This document shows positions 1-10,606 of a stretch of DNA of 64,000 nucleotides, piece after piece. Positions within the stretch are counted from its first letter, which is position 1. Each line of letters begins with the position of its first letter. Origin of the DNA: Pseudomonadales bacterium (GTDB taxonomy: Bacteria > Pseudomonadota > Gammaproteobacteria > Pseudomonadales > JANQJO01); the NCBI GenBank assembly GCA_028281605.1, contig JANQJO010000079.1:39256-103255 (forward strand), read 5' to 3'. The position numbers and the translations under genes are program-made. Under the pieces are notes generated by a model that saw only the letters and a list, made by a program, of their open reading frames with translations, did no database searches and had not been told where the DNA came from.

Positions 1-356
1 GCGAGTCATTGAGCCGAGCTTGCTGATCATGTTTTGTTTCAATTTGCCTTAAAGGCGAAACGTGTATAAATATAAAAGCGACAATCGTGCCAACTGAATT
101 TTTAAGTATGAGCATGTAAAAAATAATTAAAAACAATGGGTTACTGTTTTAGAAGTAGAGCCTATGGAGGTTAGCAAGATTTTGCTATGTGATTGTTGTG
201 ACGAGGAGAGGTTGTTTGGGTCGGTTTTTTGACATGATGGGTTTTTAGGGGGTCCACTTTAGTGAGCAGTTACTGATTTGGTTTCCTGTGATATGAGTAA
301 TGGTTTTATATTGCGTACTGTGGTACGCTACGGTATATTAATAATAGGATGGAATT

Positions 357-708
357 GTGACTAAACCTACAGAACCAAAATCGCTGATTTTTTATAGAGA
401 TCAATATGGTCTTGAACCATTTGAGGTTTGGCTAAACGCTTTAAAAGATCATAAAGGCAAACGGGCAGTTATTAAGTGACTGCGTCGGTTGGAACAAGGT
501 CTTTATGGCGGTTGTAAATCTGTTGGGGATGGCGTGTGTTATTGCTCGTATCAAAGGTATATCAGCGTTAGCGGAAGAAACCGGAATTACACGAAAAGGT
601 ATTCAAAAAGCACTATCCGAGCAAGGCAATCCGAAATTTGAAAGCGTAAATGCGATTATGAATGCTATGGGGTATCAGCTTGTTCCACAGCAAATTCATC
701 CGCAATAA
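357..708 (+). pseudogene. Degraded type II toxin-antitoxin locus (addiction-module killer / HigA-type antidote family). The toxin 5' part is stopped by an in-frame TGA and fused by deletion to the 3' half of the antitoxin.
   Basis: GTG at 357 follows AGGA. The translation VTKPTEPKSLIFYRDQYGLEPFEVWLNALKDHKGKRAVIK*LRRLEQGLYGGCKSVGDGV matches only the N-terminal half of killer proteins, with TGA at 477-479. ORF 505-708 (...IARIKGISALAEETGITRKGIQKALSEQGNPKFESVNAIMNAMGYQL) matches only the C-terminal HTH half of the antidote and is in a different frame. Confidence 0.55.
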
Positions 709-749
709 CCGTAGTACGGCTGCGCGCCCTTGTTTGACCCTATAAATAT

Positions 750-1412
750 CTAATCATTCTGAGTGTTGCTATAGGGCTGCTTCTCTGAAATTTTCTTAAG
801 GCGCATAATAGCTCTATCATATTTTGTTGTGATTTCGGTTTTTTCCTGTTCTTTTTCTTTGATGTACTCTTCAAACTCCGAAATTTGAGTTTCGAGTCTT
901 TCCATAATGGCTAATGATTTTTCAGGAACAGCCTTGCCTTCTCGTTCTAAGCTGGCGGCATTAGCGACTTCTCTGTCATGATCACTACGTAAAGCTGAGA
1001 TTTTTGCTTCGGTGATTTGTATCATGACATCGATCTGACTGGTCTTTCGATCACGTACCCGTATAGCATCTTTTGCACTGCTGTATGTCTTTAGTAGTTG
1101 TTGGTCCTTTTTTTCCTGTAATAGAGCTTGCCTTTTGGCTTTTTGCTCTTTAGATATTTTTTCTTGTTCTTGCTCGCTGGGAGCAGGTGGTACAATTTCA
1201 ATGACTCGGCCGCGTTTGTCTAAAGCTTCATAACCGTATTTGTAAAATTCAGGTGGTATTTGCTTAGAAATAGCGGTATTGCCTTGGGCGTTTTTATAAC
1301 GATACAGATGTGCTTTGGGGCCTTCCTCTTCCTTTTTTGCTGCTAAGGTCATGGTTGAGGCAATAGAGGATATAAAGAAAATATAAAAGAGCAAACGATG
1401 CAATTTAGTCAT
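750..1412 (-). CDS. DUF4124-like secreted coiled-coil protein
   Basis: Signal peptide, then LYRYKNAQGNTAISKQIPPEF (DUF4124-type motif), followed by a charged coiled-coil region. Confidence 0.6.
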   Translation of the reverse strand: MTKLHRLLFYIFFISSIASTMTLAAKKEEEGPKAHLYRYKNAQGNTAISKQIPPEFYKYGYEALDKRGRVIEIVPPAPSEQEQEKISKEQKAKRQALLQEKKDQQLLKTYSSAKDAIRVRDRKTSQIDVMIQITEAKISALRSDHDREVANAASLEREGKAVPEKSLAIMERLETQISEFEEYIKEKEQEKTEITTKYDRAIMRLKKISEKQPYSNTQND

Positions 1413-1597
1413 AAATGCCTTGTTGGTGAAATTTTAAACTTGATATGATCAAAGTTTATGAGCCATTTACCGTGAAAATGCCTTAAGCATCACTTGGGGT
1501 GATACTTAAGATATCGCTCATGGCTGTTTCTCATCTTTACTTTTCAGTTTAGCAATCCTTTTTTGGTTACAAAGGAGTAAACAGTTAAGATGTCAAT

Positions 1598-2242
1598 TTA
1601 TGTGCCATACTTCTCACGGTAATCGTGTAAAGATTGCCACTGCTCTGCATTGCCTGTTACCTTAAGGTATTCTAATAAATTCGAAAAAGTGATTATACTG
1701 TGGACAGGTATTTGATATTCAAGTTCCAATTTTTGTATTGTATTTTGGTCTTCATGGTCTTTTTCTTCTCGGTTTAAGGCAACCATTAAGCCGATTGGTT
1801 TGGCATTAGCGGCTTGTAGCTGCAAGAGCGCCTCCCGTACAGCGGTTCCTGCTGTTATGACATCATCCAGTAAAAGTACTTTTTGATGAGCCACTTTTCC
1901 TACTAAACGCCCCTTTTCACCATGATTTTTTTCTTCTTTTCGGTTGTAGACCACATTTTTGGAAACTCCAGTATGCTCATACCAAGCTAAAGCTGTACCA
2001 ATTGCTATTGGAATACCTTTGTAAGCTGGGCCAAAGATGATATCAAAATCAATACCTTGGTGTTGAATGGCTTGGGTATACAATGAGCATAGCTTGGCGA
2101 TGGCAGCGGCTGCTTCGAGCCGACCTAGATTAAAAAAATAAGGGCTTATGCGCCCGGATTTTAGTGTAAATTGACCAAATTCTAATACTTTGTGTTCAAT
2201 GATTAGTTCTATGAGATCAATCTGGAAGGGTTGTAAGCTCAT
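1598..2242 (-). CDS. pyrE: Orotate phosphoribosyltransferase
   Basis: 214 aa with PRPP-binding loop VLLLDDVITAGTA. Adjacent to rph, as in enterobacteria. Confidence 0.95.
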   Translation of the reverse strand: MSLQPFQIDLIELIIEHKVLEFGQFTLKSGRISPYFFNLGRLEAAAAIAKLCSLYTQAIQHQGIDFDIIFGPAYKGIPIAIGTALAWYEHTGVSKNVVYNRKEEKNHGEKGRLVGKVAHQKVLLLDDVITAGTAVREALLQLQAANAKPIGLMVALNREEKDHEDQNTIQKLELEYQIPVHSIITFSNLLEYLKVTGNAEQWQSLHDYREKYGT

Positions 2243-2297
2243 AGTGACATCCCTTATTGATACGGTATCTGTGATAAAGATAATGACATGGTTACCG

Positions 2298-3014
2298 TTA
2301 CCAGCCTAAAGCAGCTTGTTGTATTGAAAAAATACGTAGGATTCCTTGCTGAGCGAGCTCTATCATGTCAGTTAAATGCTGCTTTGATAAAGGCTCTCCT
2401 TCAGCAGTTCCTTGTAATTCTACAAAATCTCCTTTTTCTGTCATCACTACGTTCATGTCGGTTTCAGCTTTAGAGTCTTCAGGATAATCTAAATCGAGTA
2501 CAACTTCCCCTGAAACTAAACCGACTGAAGCAGAAGCAGTCAGCTGAACAAAAGGGTCTTCTTTGATAGCACCTTTTTCTAAGAGTTTGTTAAGTGCGTC
2601 GATTAATGCAACGCATCCTCCTGTGATTGCGGCAGTACGGGTACCACCATCGGCTTGTAAGACATCACAATCAACGGTGATAGTGTTTTCACCCAGCTTA
2701 GATAGGTTAACAACAGCACGCAGGGAACGAGCAATCAATCGTTGAATTTCCATGGTGCGACCAGTTTGTTTGCCACGAGCAGCTTCGCGTGCGGTACGTG
2801 TAGAGGTGGCACGTGGTAGCATGCCGTACTCTGCTGTAACCCAGCCTTTTCCTGCTCCTTTTAGAAAACGGGGGATGGTGTCTTCAATACTTGCATTACA
2901 TAGTACCACGGTGTTGCCATACTCAACCAGCACTGAGCCTTCAGCATGGCAGGTGTACTTTCGAGTTAATTTGATTTTTCTGAGTTCATTATTTGCTCGA
3001 CCGCTTGGACGCAT
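2298..3014 (-). CDS. rph: Ribonuclease PH
   Basis: 238 aa with N-terminus MRPSGR, and [13 protein letters not shown] and TMEIQRLI motifs. Confidence 0.95.
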   Translation of the reverse strand: MRPSGRANNELRKIKLTRKYTCHAEGSVLVEYGNTVVLCNASIEDTIPRFLKGAGKGWVTAEYGMLPRATSTRTAREAARGKQTGRTMEIQRLIARSLRAVVNLSKLGENTITVDCDVLQADGGTRTAAITGGCVALIDALNKLLEKGAIKEDPFVQLTASASVGLVSGEVVLDLDYPEDSKAETDMNVVMTEKGDFVELQGTAEGEPLSKQHLTDMIELAQQGILRIFSIQQAALGW

Positions 3015-3176
3015 GATTATTTCTCACTCTATAATCGTTTAATGTGTTGGCGATTATATCATTGCTATCATCCTAAGGTAATGAAAATTCATTTTTACAG
3101 CGAATGTAGTAAGATGTGTCTTCGTTATGTTTTATTGATTTGGTGAGTGTGATTAGATTAAGGTTTTGTTGTTTTG

Positions 3177-4097
3177 ATGATATACAGCATGACAGCTTTT
3201 AGTCGAATTCATGGGGTTGGGCAGGATCAGCAGTGGGTTTGGGAGCTTAAATCTGTTAACCATCGCTATTTAGATGTGGTGTTTCGTTTGCCTGAGCCAG
3301 TACGTGCTTTGGAGCAAACGTTAAGATCGGTTATTCGTTCTTATGTGCATAGAGGTAAATTGGAAGTTCACTTGTTTGGTTCCATGCAGATGTCTGGGTC
3401 TACGCTTATGTTGAATCAGTCTCTATTGCAGCAGATTTTTAAGTGCCTTAAGCAGATGCAGGCCTTGGGTCAGTCTTGTCATGTTTTTTCTACTCAATCA
3501 AATGATATTGATTGGATAGAACTCATGAAGTGGCCAGGGTTGATACAGGAAGTAGCTGAGCCAGCTGTGTCAGGGGAGATAGGGGCTCAAACTGCTTTAT
3601 TGGAATCTTTTGAAAAGGCTATGACCGAATTGGTCGAGGCTCGACGTGCTGAAGGGGAGACCATTAAGACGCATTTATTGAATAAACTGGGTTTGTTGTT
3701 GCAATATGTGCGTCAAGCAGCGGATTTGATGCCTGAGCTTATAGAGCAACAAAAATCTAAGCTTAAGCGAAAGTTTGCAGAGTTTGGCCCGTCTATTGGT
3801 GAGGAATGGGTTGGGCAAGAGTTGTTATGCTTTATTCAAAAAACTGATATTAGTGAAGAGCTGGAGCGATTGGCGGCTCATGCCCAGGAAGTGGAGCATA
3901 TTTTGCTTATGACTGGACCTAAAGTAAATGCCGAAGTCGGGCCTGTTGGGCGGCGTTTAGATTTTTTGATGCAAGAGCTTAATCGAGAGGCTAATACGTT
4001 GGGAGCAAAATCTGCGCACTTAAAGATCAGTCAAACGGCGGTGGATATAAAAGTTTGTATCGAGCAAATGCGAGAACAGATCCAAAATTTGGAATAA
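3177..4097 (+). CDS. yicC: YicC family stress-induced protein
   Basis: ATG at 3177 gives MIYSMTAF (E. coli YicC starts MIRSMTAY). C-terminal DISEELERLAAH and GRRLDFLMQELNREANTLGAKS motifs. Confidence 0.9.
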   Translation: MIYSMTAFSRIHGVGQDQQWVWELKSVNHRYLDVVFRLPEPVRALEQTLRSVIRSYVHRGKLEVHLFGSMQMSGSTLMLNQSLLQQIFKCLKQMQALGQSCHVFSTQSNDIDWIELMKWPGLIQEVAEPAVSGEIGAQTALLESFEKAMTELVEARRAEGETIKTHLLNKLGLLLQYVRQAADLMPELIEQQKSKLKRKFAEFGPSIGEEWVGQELLCFIQKTDISEELERLAAHAQEVEHILLMTGPKVNAEVGPVGRRLDFLMQELNREANTLGAKSAHLKISQTAVDIKVCIEQMREQIQNLE

Positions 4098-4150
4098 AAA
4101 GCTCAGCTATTCTGCTGACCTACTGACTTGAAACTGAAAGGCAAGCAGTA

Positions 4151-4765
4151 ATGGATGCAACATTATTTATAGTATCGGCTCCTTCAGGGGCAGGGAAAAC
4201 CAGCTTGGTAAAGTCCTTGGTAGAAGTACACAGTGATTTGGTTGTATCAGTTTCTCATACGACTCGTCCGAAGCGTGTTACTGAAATAGAGGGTTCTAAT
4301 TATTACTTTGTCAGTGATGTCGTTTTTCAGCAAATGATTGAGCGATCAGAGTTTCTAGAGCATGCTCATGTCTTTAATCATTGGTACGGTACTTCACGCG
4401 CTTGGGCTGAACAAACTTTAGCTCAAGGAATAGATGTGATTTTAGAAATTGACTGGCAAGGAGCGAGACAAGTAAGGCTTGCTTACCCACAGGTGGTAGG
4501 GATTTTTATTTTACCGCCTTCTTTGCAAGTGCTTAAAATGAGACTAGAAACCAGAGGTCTAGATGAGGTGCAGGAGATCGATCGCAGAATGCGAGAAGCT
4601 CAGTCTGAAATTGAGCATTATATTGATTATGATTATGTAGTGGTCAATGATAACTTTGAAATGGCTGCAGCTGATTTGGGTGCTATTATAAAAGCTGAAA
4701 GATTAAAGCGACGCAGGCATAATAGCCAAAACGGAGAAATTATTTCACAGTTACTTAATAAATAA
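4151..4765 (+). CDS. gmk: Guanylate kinase
   Basis: P-loop SAPSGAGKTS, TTRPKR motif, 204 aa. Conserved gmk-rpoZ-spoT order. Confidence 0.95.
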   Translation: MDATLFIVSAPSGAGKTSLVKSLVEVHSDLVVSVSHTTRPKRVTEIEGSNYYFVSDVVFQQMIERSEFLEHAHVFNHWYGTSRAWAEQTLAQGIDVILEIDWQGARQVRLAYPQVVGIFILPPSLQVLKMRLETRGLDEVQEIDRRMREAQSEIEHYIDYDYVVVNDNFEMAAADLGAIIKAERLKRRRHNSQNGEIISQLLNK

Positions 4766-4931
4766 TCGCTTATTTTTATAGAGCGCTTACAGCAAGTTTC
4801 GTTTGGTAAACAGTAATTAGATCTGTTAGGTATTGATCTGGGATTGAAACTTTCAGTACAATTTATTAGCTATTGCTATTCGTTTTTTTAAAACTAATGT
4901 ATAGTGTAAGTCGAGCTGGTTTATAACAAAA

Positions 4932-4940
4932 TGCTATAAT
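4932..4940 (+). promoter_or_regulatory. Extended -10 promoter element (TGCTATAAT) upstream of rpoZ
   Basis: Exact TGnTATAAT about 32 nt upstream of ATG 4972. GGGAGA Shine-Dalgarno in between. Confidence 0.4.
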
Positions 4941-4971
4941 TATTGCTTTTTTGTAGAGATTGGGAGATAAA

Positions 4972-5187
4972 ATGGCACGTATTACGATAGAGGACTGCCT
5001 AGAGCATGTTGACAACGCCTTTGAACTGGTATTGTTGGCCGCTAGACGTACCCGTCAGTTAGTGATGGGTAAAGAGCCTTTAGTTCCTTGGGATAATGAT
5101 AAACCCACCGTTGTTGCGTTAAGAGAGATTGCAGCAGGTCTTGTGACCCCTGAATTGTTAGGTCGCAAAGACGAAGATGAATTGTAG
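4972..5187 (+). CDS. rpoZ: DNA-directed RNA polymerase subunit omega
   Basis: MARITIEDC... N-terminus and LAARRTRQL motif. The start was moved from the ORF-track TTG (4960) to ATG 4972. Confidence 0.9.
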   Translation: MARITIEDCLEHVDNAFELVLLAARRTRQLVMGKEPLVPWDNDKPTVVALREIAAGLVTPELLGRKDEDEL

Positions 5188-5241
5188 GCATGAGTGGGTA
5201 GTAGAAGATAGTGGAGCTTTAAGCAACTTTGGAAGGGTATA

Positions 5242-7383
5242 GTGGCCGAAGAAGGTGTGAGAAGTTTAGTTTCCGACCCTTTAAGAGAAGGGTTATTGGT
5301 GCAGATTGGCTACTTGAACCCTGAGCAAAGGCGCCAGATTTTACAAGCCTATGAGTTTGCTTGCAAAGCCCATGAGGGCCAATATCGTTTAAGTGGTGAG
5401 CCTTATATAACTCACCCAGTTGCTGTAGCTGGTATCTTAGCTAGTATTCGTCTTGATGCCCCTAGTGTCATGGCGGCTCTTCTGCATGATGTGATTGAGG
5501 ACTGTGCGGTTACTAAAGAAACCGTTGCTAAGCGATTTTCATCGGTGGTTGCTGAGTTGGTTGATGGCGTCAGTAAAATCTCTGCTATAAAATTCGAATC
5601 TAAAGCGATGGAACAAGCCGAAAACTTTCGTAAAATTGTTTTGGCTATGACCAAAGATATTCGGGTGATCTTGGTTAAATTGGCTGATCGCTTACACAAC
5701 ATGCGCACTCTATCAGTATTAAGCACCAAAAAAAGAAGGCGTATAGCAACTGAAACATTAGAGATTTATGCGCCCATAGCTAATCGTTTGGGAATGCATA
5801 GTTTTTGTACTGAGTTTGAAGATTTAGGGTTTGTTGCTCTATATCCTATGCGTGCTGAGCTTATTGGGCGGGCTGTTAAAGGTGCGCGCTCCAGTCGTAA
5901 GAAGACGATGGATCAATTATTACAAACCATTAAACAGTCTTTGGCTGAGTATGCTATTAATGGATATGCCTCCGGTCGTCAAAAGCATCTGTACAATATC
6001 TATCAGAAAATGAAAGCAAAAAGAAAGTCTTTTTCTGAAATTATGGATGTTTATGAGCTCAAGATTGTCGTTGATAGTATTGATATGTGTTACCGAGTTT
6101 TAGGTTTGGTGCATAATCTGTATAAGCCAGTTCCGGGGCGTTTTAAGGATTATATTGCGATTCCTAAAGTCAACGGTTATCAATCTTTGCATACGACGTT
6201 GATTGGACCTAAAGGTGTATCTATTGATGTTCAAATTCAAACGCAAGAAATGGAATGTATCACTCGTCATGGGATTGTAGCGCAGTGGTGTTATCAAGCG
6301 CCTATGAAGCAAGATCATCAAACTCATACTCGAGCACAGCAGTGGATGAATAGTTTGTTAGAGCTGCAACAGCATGCTGGAAGCTCTATTGAATTCATAG
6401 AAAATGTCAAAATCAACTTATTTCCTGATGAAGTTTACGTATTTACACCACAAGGAGATATTTATGAGTTACCTAGAGGGGCGACTCCGATTGATTTTGC
6501 ATACGCGGTTCATACTGATTTAGGCAATACTTGTATTGCTGCGCGTATTGATCAACGTTTATCGCCTTTAAGTACACCGCTTGACAGTGGTCAGACTGTG
6601 CAAATTATTACGGCGACAGGTTCTTCTCCGGTTTCCGCTTGGCTCAGCTTTGTGGTTACCAGCAAAGCTAGATCTAACATTCGGCATTATTTAAAGGTAC
6701 AACGCAAGTCAGAATCCATTCATTTAGGGCGTCGCCTGCTGGAAAAAGCTCTGGCTTCGCTTGGTGTTAAGCTTGAAGATGTGCAAGCAGAACAGTTCAG
6801 CCGTGCAGCAAAACAAGCTAATTGCACAGACTTTAATGATTTACTTGAGAAAATTGGTTTAGGTCATCGAGTAGCGCCTGTTGTGGCTCGGTATTTACGT
6901 CCGGGTGGTGCTATTGCGCCTGTTCAAGTGGTTGAGGAGCCGTTAGCGATTAAGGGCAGTGAAGGTGTGATTGTCAATTTTGCCAAGTGCTGTTATCCCA
7001 TACCGGGAGATTCGGTCGTGGGTTTTTTTGATATAGGCAGTGGTATGACTGTACATGTTGATAGCTGCCATAACGTAAGTCATGCTTTGAAAGACAATCC
7101 TGATAAATGTGTTGAAGTCAGTTGGGATATGAAGACTACGGGCTCTTTTGCTGTGAATGTAAGAATAGAAATGATTAACAAGCGTGGGGTTCTGGCTACA
7201 ATTGCTTATTGTATTGCTGAGTGTGATGCTAATATTGAGGCGATACATATGGGAGAGACGAACAGTCAATTGAGTGTTGTGGACTTAATTCTTGGAGTGA
7301 ACAACCGTGTTCACTTAGCGCGTATTATTAGGCGTCTTCGTGTGAGTAAGTCTGCGGTGAAAATTACACGAATGAAGCGCTAG
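5242..7383 (+). CDS. spoT: Bifunctional (p)ppGpp synthetase/hydrolase
   Basis: 713 aa with HD domain (HPVAVA...LHDVIEDC), RelA/SpoT synthetase core (YIAIPKVNGYQSLHTT), and TGS and ACT-like C-terminus. Follows rpoZ. Confidence 0.95.
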   Translation: MAEEGVRSLVSDPLREGLLVQIGYLNPEQRRQILQAYEFACKAHEGQYRLSGEPYITHPVAVAGILASIRLDAPSVMAALLHDVIEDCAVTKETVAKRFSSVVAELVDGVSKISAIKFESKAMEQAENFRKIVLAMTKDIRVILVKLADRLHNMRTLSVLSTKKRRRIATETLEIYAPIANRLGMHSFCTEFEDLGFVALYPMRAELIGRAVKGARSSRKKTMDQLLQTIKQSLAEYAINGYASGRQKHLYNIYQKMKAKRKSFSEIMDVYELKIVVDSIDMCYRVLGLVHNLYKPVPGRFKDYIAIPKVNGYQSLHTTLIGPKGVSIDVQIQTQEMECITRHGIVAQWCYQAPMKQDHQTHTRAQQWMNSLLELQQHAGSSIEFIENVKINLFPDEVYVFTPQGDIYELPRGATPIDFAYAVHTDLGNTCIAARIDQRLSPLSTPLDSGQTVQIITATGSSPVSAWLSFVVTSKARSNIRHYLKVQRKSESIHLGRRLLEKALASLGVKLEDVQAEQFSRAAKQANCTDFNDLLEKIGLGHRVAPVVARYLRPGGAIAPVQVVEEPLAIKGSEGVIVNFAKCCYPIPGDSVVGFFDIGSGMTVHVDSCHNVSHALKDNPDKCVEVSWDMKTTGSFAVNVRIEMINKRGVLATIAYCIAECDANIEAIHMGETNSQLSVVDLILGVNNRVHLARIIRRLRVSKSAVKITRMKR

Positions 7384-7412
7384 AGATGAAAAGAGTTATA
7401 TAGGGAGAACAT

Positions 7413-7802
7413 ATGATGAGACGGCGTCGAGCGATTAAAACGGATCAAGCGCCAGAGGCTATAGGCACTTATTCTCAAGCGATTGAGGTGAATAAAACGG
7501 TTTATTTATCAGGCCAGATAGCTTTGCAGCCAGGTATTATGACACTGCAGCAGTCTTCTATAGAAGCAGAAATCAAACAAGTTTTTTCTAATGTTAAAGC
7601 CGTGGTGGAAGCCAGTGGAGGTGGTTTGCAGGATGTGGTCAAACTCAATGTGTATCTGACAGATCTTGAGCATTTTGCAACAGTCAATACGATTATGGCG
7701 GAGTTTTTTGATGAGCCTTATCCGGCTCGGGCTGCAGTGCAGGTCGCTGCTTTGCCCAAGGGTGCTCGGGTGGAGGTCGATGGGGTTGTGGTATTAGCGT
7801 GA
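7413..7802 (+). CDS. ridA: RidA/YjgF family reactive-intermediate deaminase
   Basis: 129 aa with [12 protein letters not shown] and [18 protein letters not shown] motifs. Confidence 0.9.
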   Translation: MMRRRRAIKTDQAPEAIGTYSQAIEVNKTVYLSGQIALQPGIMTLQQSSIEAEIKQVFSNVKAVVEASGGGLQDVVKLNVYLTDLEHFATVNTIMAEFFDEPYPARAAVQVAALPKGARVEVDGVVVLA

Positions 7803-8061
7803 GCTGGATTCAAGTGATGATCCTAGGGGGAAAGGAACGTGCACGAAATAACTTTAACATTTGTCGCTCCTGAACTCGCTCGCTTTGTTCAAACATGCAT
7901 CAGCCTAGTCAGGGGTATTCTTTGGCCAAAGAAGCAGGTTGTTAGTATCTTATTGACTTTATAGAACTCTTGTATTTTAATATACACCCTACTTATGGAT
8001 AAGGGGGATTTGTACTGTATTGTAAGGAGGGGGTCATTTATTAGATTAATAAGAGGCAGTT

Positions 8062-8919
8062 ATGGCAGGTACAAGTGAAGTACAAGCGCTTCAGCAGCTC
8101 GGTATTATTAATATAGCTAATCGTGATCCTACTGACGAGAATAATGCTGATGCTTTTAAACTAGCAAAAATAAAAATTCTAACAAGAGTAATGCTTGAAC
8201 ATGCTAGATTTGTACGGAATTCAGAAGGGGCCCAAGCAGCTCGTCTATCAATCGGAGATTTAAAGATTCATTTCAAAGGTACAAATACTCTAGCTGAAGA
8301 ATGTTGTGATCGTGTAGAAAAAGAATTAGATAAAGAAGAAGAGATTCCTCTACTGATATATGATCGGTATGTAGATAGAATGAGGCGTGAAGATGGTTGG
8401 ATGCAGGTTAGAAGTGGTTTTTTAGTAGCCGTTTCATTTGGATTTTTTGTTGCTTACAATAATTTTATTGAAAGTAATGATATGAAAAAAGCTATTTCTT
8501 ACGCTGGTATGGCGACTGGTTTAGCATCAACTGTCTCACTTGCTTCTACAGCACATGCGTTACACTGCACACGACATAAAGCAGAAGTTGCAAGACAGGT
8601 TCTGCATAAATTTTTAGATTTAAAAAAACCGAGTATGTCCTTTACATTTTTCTCTCTACTTGCTGATACAAGGTCTTTTTTTGCTAGGCTTTTTTCAAAA
8701 GTCAGACATGTTATTTGTAGATCTGAAGATTCGAGTGTTATTGACAAAAAAGAAGAAATCAAATGGAACGATAACCTATCATTTCCTAGAGCCGGATCTC
8801 AACTGGCTAGACATTTAACAGGCTTATTTGGAACAATAGTATTAGCGTTAGCCCTTAATGTTATGTGGGTAGTTTTATTAGCAAAGCCTGGTATAATAAA
8901 TAGTGATACTGGTCTTTAG
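8062..8919 (+). CDS. Hypothetical membrane protein (central 2-TM hairpin plus C-terminal TM)
   Basis: AAGAGG Shine-Dalgarno. Hydrophobic segments VRSGFLVAVSFGFFVAY, ISYAGMATGLASTVSLAS and LFGTIVLALALNVMWVVLLA. No recognisable catalytic motif. Confidence 0.5.
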   Translation: MAGTSEVQALQQLGIINIANRDPTDENNADAFKLAKIKILTRVMLEHARFVRNSEGAQAARLSIGDLKIHFKGTNTLAEECCDRVEKELDKEEEIPLLIYDRYVDRMRREDGWMQVRSGFLVAVSFGFFVAYNNFIESNDMKKAISYAGMATGLASTVSLASTAHALHCTRHKAEVARQVLHKFLDLKKPSMSFTFFSLLADTRSFFARLFSKVRHVICRSEDSSVIDKKEEIKWNDNLSFPRAGSQLARHLTGLFGTIVLALALNVMWVVLLAKPGIINSDTGL

Positions 8920-9062
8920 CATTGTTTGGTGGATTAGTGCTGCAACCTGTAGTGATCCATAGGTTGAAGAAACACCGCTTGATAAAGTGATGATGACCAC
9001 CTCTTTGAGGTTACCGTTGCTATTGGATTTGAAATCAAAGTTATGTGTAGCTGATTGAGATA

Positions 9063-9962
9063 TTATTTAATATCCTTCCAATTAACCCCCCAAGGTGTGA
9101 CCAACCAGAACCATAAACGAGAGAAAAAATTGCGTTTTTTATTTGGAAATTCCAATGCGTCTAAATCCAAGGTTAATTCAAGCTCATTCGACTCTTCTTT
9201 ATCTGCTGTGGGTTCATTTTCTAAATCGTTATTGCTTCTGTTGTTTTGTCCAATCTCAACAATTTCTAGACTGTCAGAAAATTCTTCAATATCTTTGCCT
9301 GCGTCCAGATCACTTAGGACTTGCGTAAGCTGAGCGTTTAGATCTTCCATTTTTTCAAGCAAGGTATTGGGTAGGTCAGGATGATTGCGTATTTTATTGG
9401 TGTCAGCGATCAAGGTTTGTATTTCTTGGCGGATACGCCTACGACACTTGTTTTCCTTGCCCTTCATGTCATCGACATGTTGACTCAGTTTCTCTTGATC
9501 AATGGATAATCTTGAGCAATCTAGCATAACACCACGATCATGCAAAACGTAACGTACAGCCACATCTGTTTGGGCTTTGCGCCGAAAATTTTGTAGTTCT
9601 TTGACTAAGGCATCATAAGAGCTGGTAACTTTGCTCTCTGTGCCACTGATGTACAATTGAAAAAAATTTTCTTCACTGATTTGAGAGATTTTGACGATGC
9701 TTTCCATGTCATGTTTAACGGCATCGTCTAACTTACTCAGACTCGTTTTCAGTTGGGGGGTGCCGATATGAGCTAAGCGTTTGACTAATGCTCTCATCAA
9801 GGCAAAGTCTCTTTTTTTCGGTAATTGTGAGGGTTTAGCTATATGTTTAACGGCCTCTAGCCCTTTGGTCATTTGCTTAATTTGTTTAGTAAACGAGATG
9901 AGATTTTCTATCGCTTCACGTTTGCGATGTACGGATTTTAATTCTTCTGTGTAGCTGGTCAT
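9063..9962 (-). CDS. Hypothetical coiled-coil protein with acidic region and Trp-rich C-terminal tail
   Basis: 299 aa ORF, long and without internal stops. C-terminus is ...NFFSRLWFWLVTPWGVNWKDIK. No family recognised. Confidence 0.5.
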   Translation of the reverse strand: MTSYTEELKSVHRKREAIENLISFTKQIKQMTKGLEAVKHIAKPSQLPKKRDFALMRALVKRLAHIGTPQLKTSLSKLDDAVKHDMESIVKISQISEENFFQLYISGTESKVTSSYDALVKELQNFRRKAQTDVAVRYVLHDRGVMLDCSRLSIDQEKLSQHVDDMKGKENKCRRRIRQEIQTLIADTNKIRNHPDLPNTLLEKMEDLNAQLTQVLSDLDAGKDIEEFSDSLEIVEIGQNNRSNNDLENEPTADKEESNELELTLDLDALEFPNKKRNFFSRLWFWLVTPWGVNWKDIK

Positions 9963-10333
9963 AAAGTATTTACATATGTTAATTTAATATCATACCGTAG
10001 GCTGCTATAGTCATATAAGCCAAGTATAGTCAGGGTTTTCCAGTAAAGATAAGTGAAATGATATCAAGTATGTGAATCAATCACTTACAATGTTGATGTA
10101 TGGATTGGTAATGCATTTGCCACAAGATGACGATATTTTTATTAACTTGTCAAAGTCTATTTCAGTTGTTGAATCAATTCAGATAAGGGCATAATTCGAA
10201 GGCCAGCGCCCGCTTACGCAGTTACCAGCCTATTATTTACGAGGAAGAGTGTGTCAGGCAGTTGGGAGGCTTGCCGTTACCGTAATCCCAAAGGTTATTC
10301 CTGCTTCACGATCTCTTCCTTCACGGCAACTTA

Positions 10334-10606
10334 TTATTCAAAGGATATTCTAAGGTGCGTCCCTGTTGCATGCGCAATTCGTTGTAAGGTTTTAATTGTG
10401 GTATTTTGCCCACCACTTTCAAGACGCGCCACCAAAGATTGTTTGGCTTCCATTTTATCCGCTAATTCTTCCTGTGTTAACCCTGCTTGATCCCGTGCGG
10501 CAATAATTGCAGAAGCCAATTCAAACTCATCACTCATGCCTTGATAGGCTTCTTGATATTCTGGATCATCCAGCCATTTTTTATGTAAGTCTTTTACTTT
10601 GCTCAT
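10334..10606 (-). CDS. XRE-family HTH antitoxin (HigA-like)
   Basis: 90 aa with HTH GLTQEELADKMEAKQSLVARLESG. ATGA overlap with the upstream toxin reading frame. Confidence 0.8.
   Translation of the reverse strand: MSKVKDLHKKWLDDPEYQEAYQGMSDEFELASAIIAARDQAGLTQEELADKMEAKQSLVARLESGGQNTTIKTLQRIAHATGTHLRISFE

Noticed and set aside
2288-3042. Several + strand ORFs (2288-2473, 2563-2745, 2752-3042) antisense to rph. Similar antisense or alternative-frame ORFs lie inside spoT, recD2, pseC, prsR/prsK, the Fic gene, 48605-49078 and 54467-54976.
   Set aside because: They lie entirely within well-supported conserved genes on the opposite strand or in another frame. They have low-complexity or odd composition and no motifs, so I treat them as shadow ORFs.
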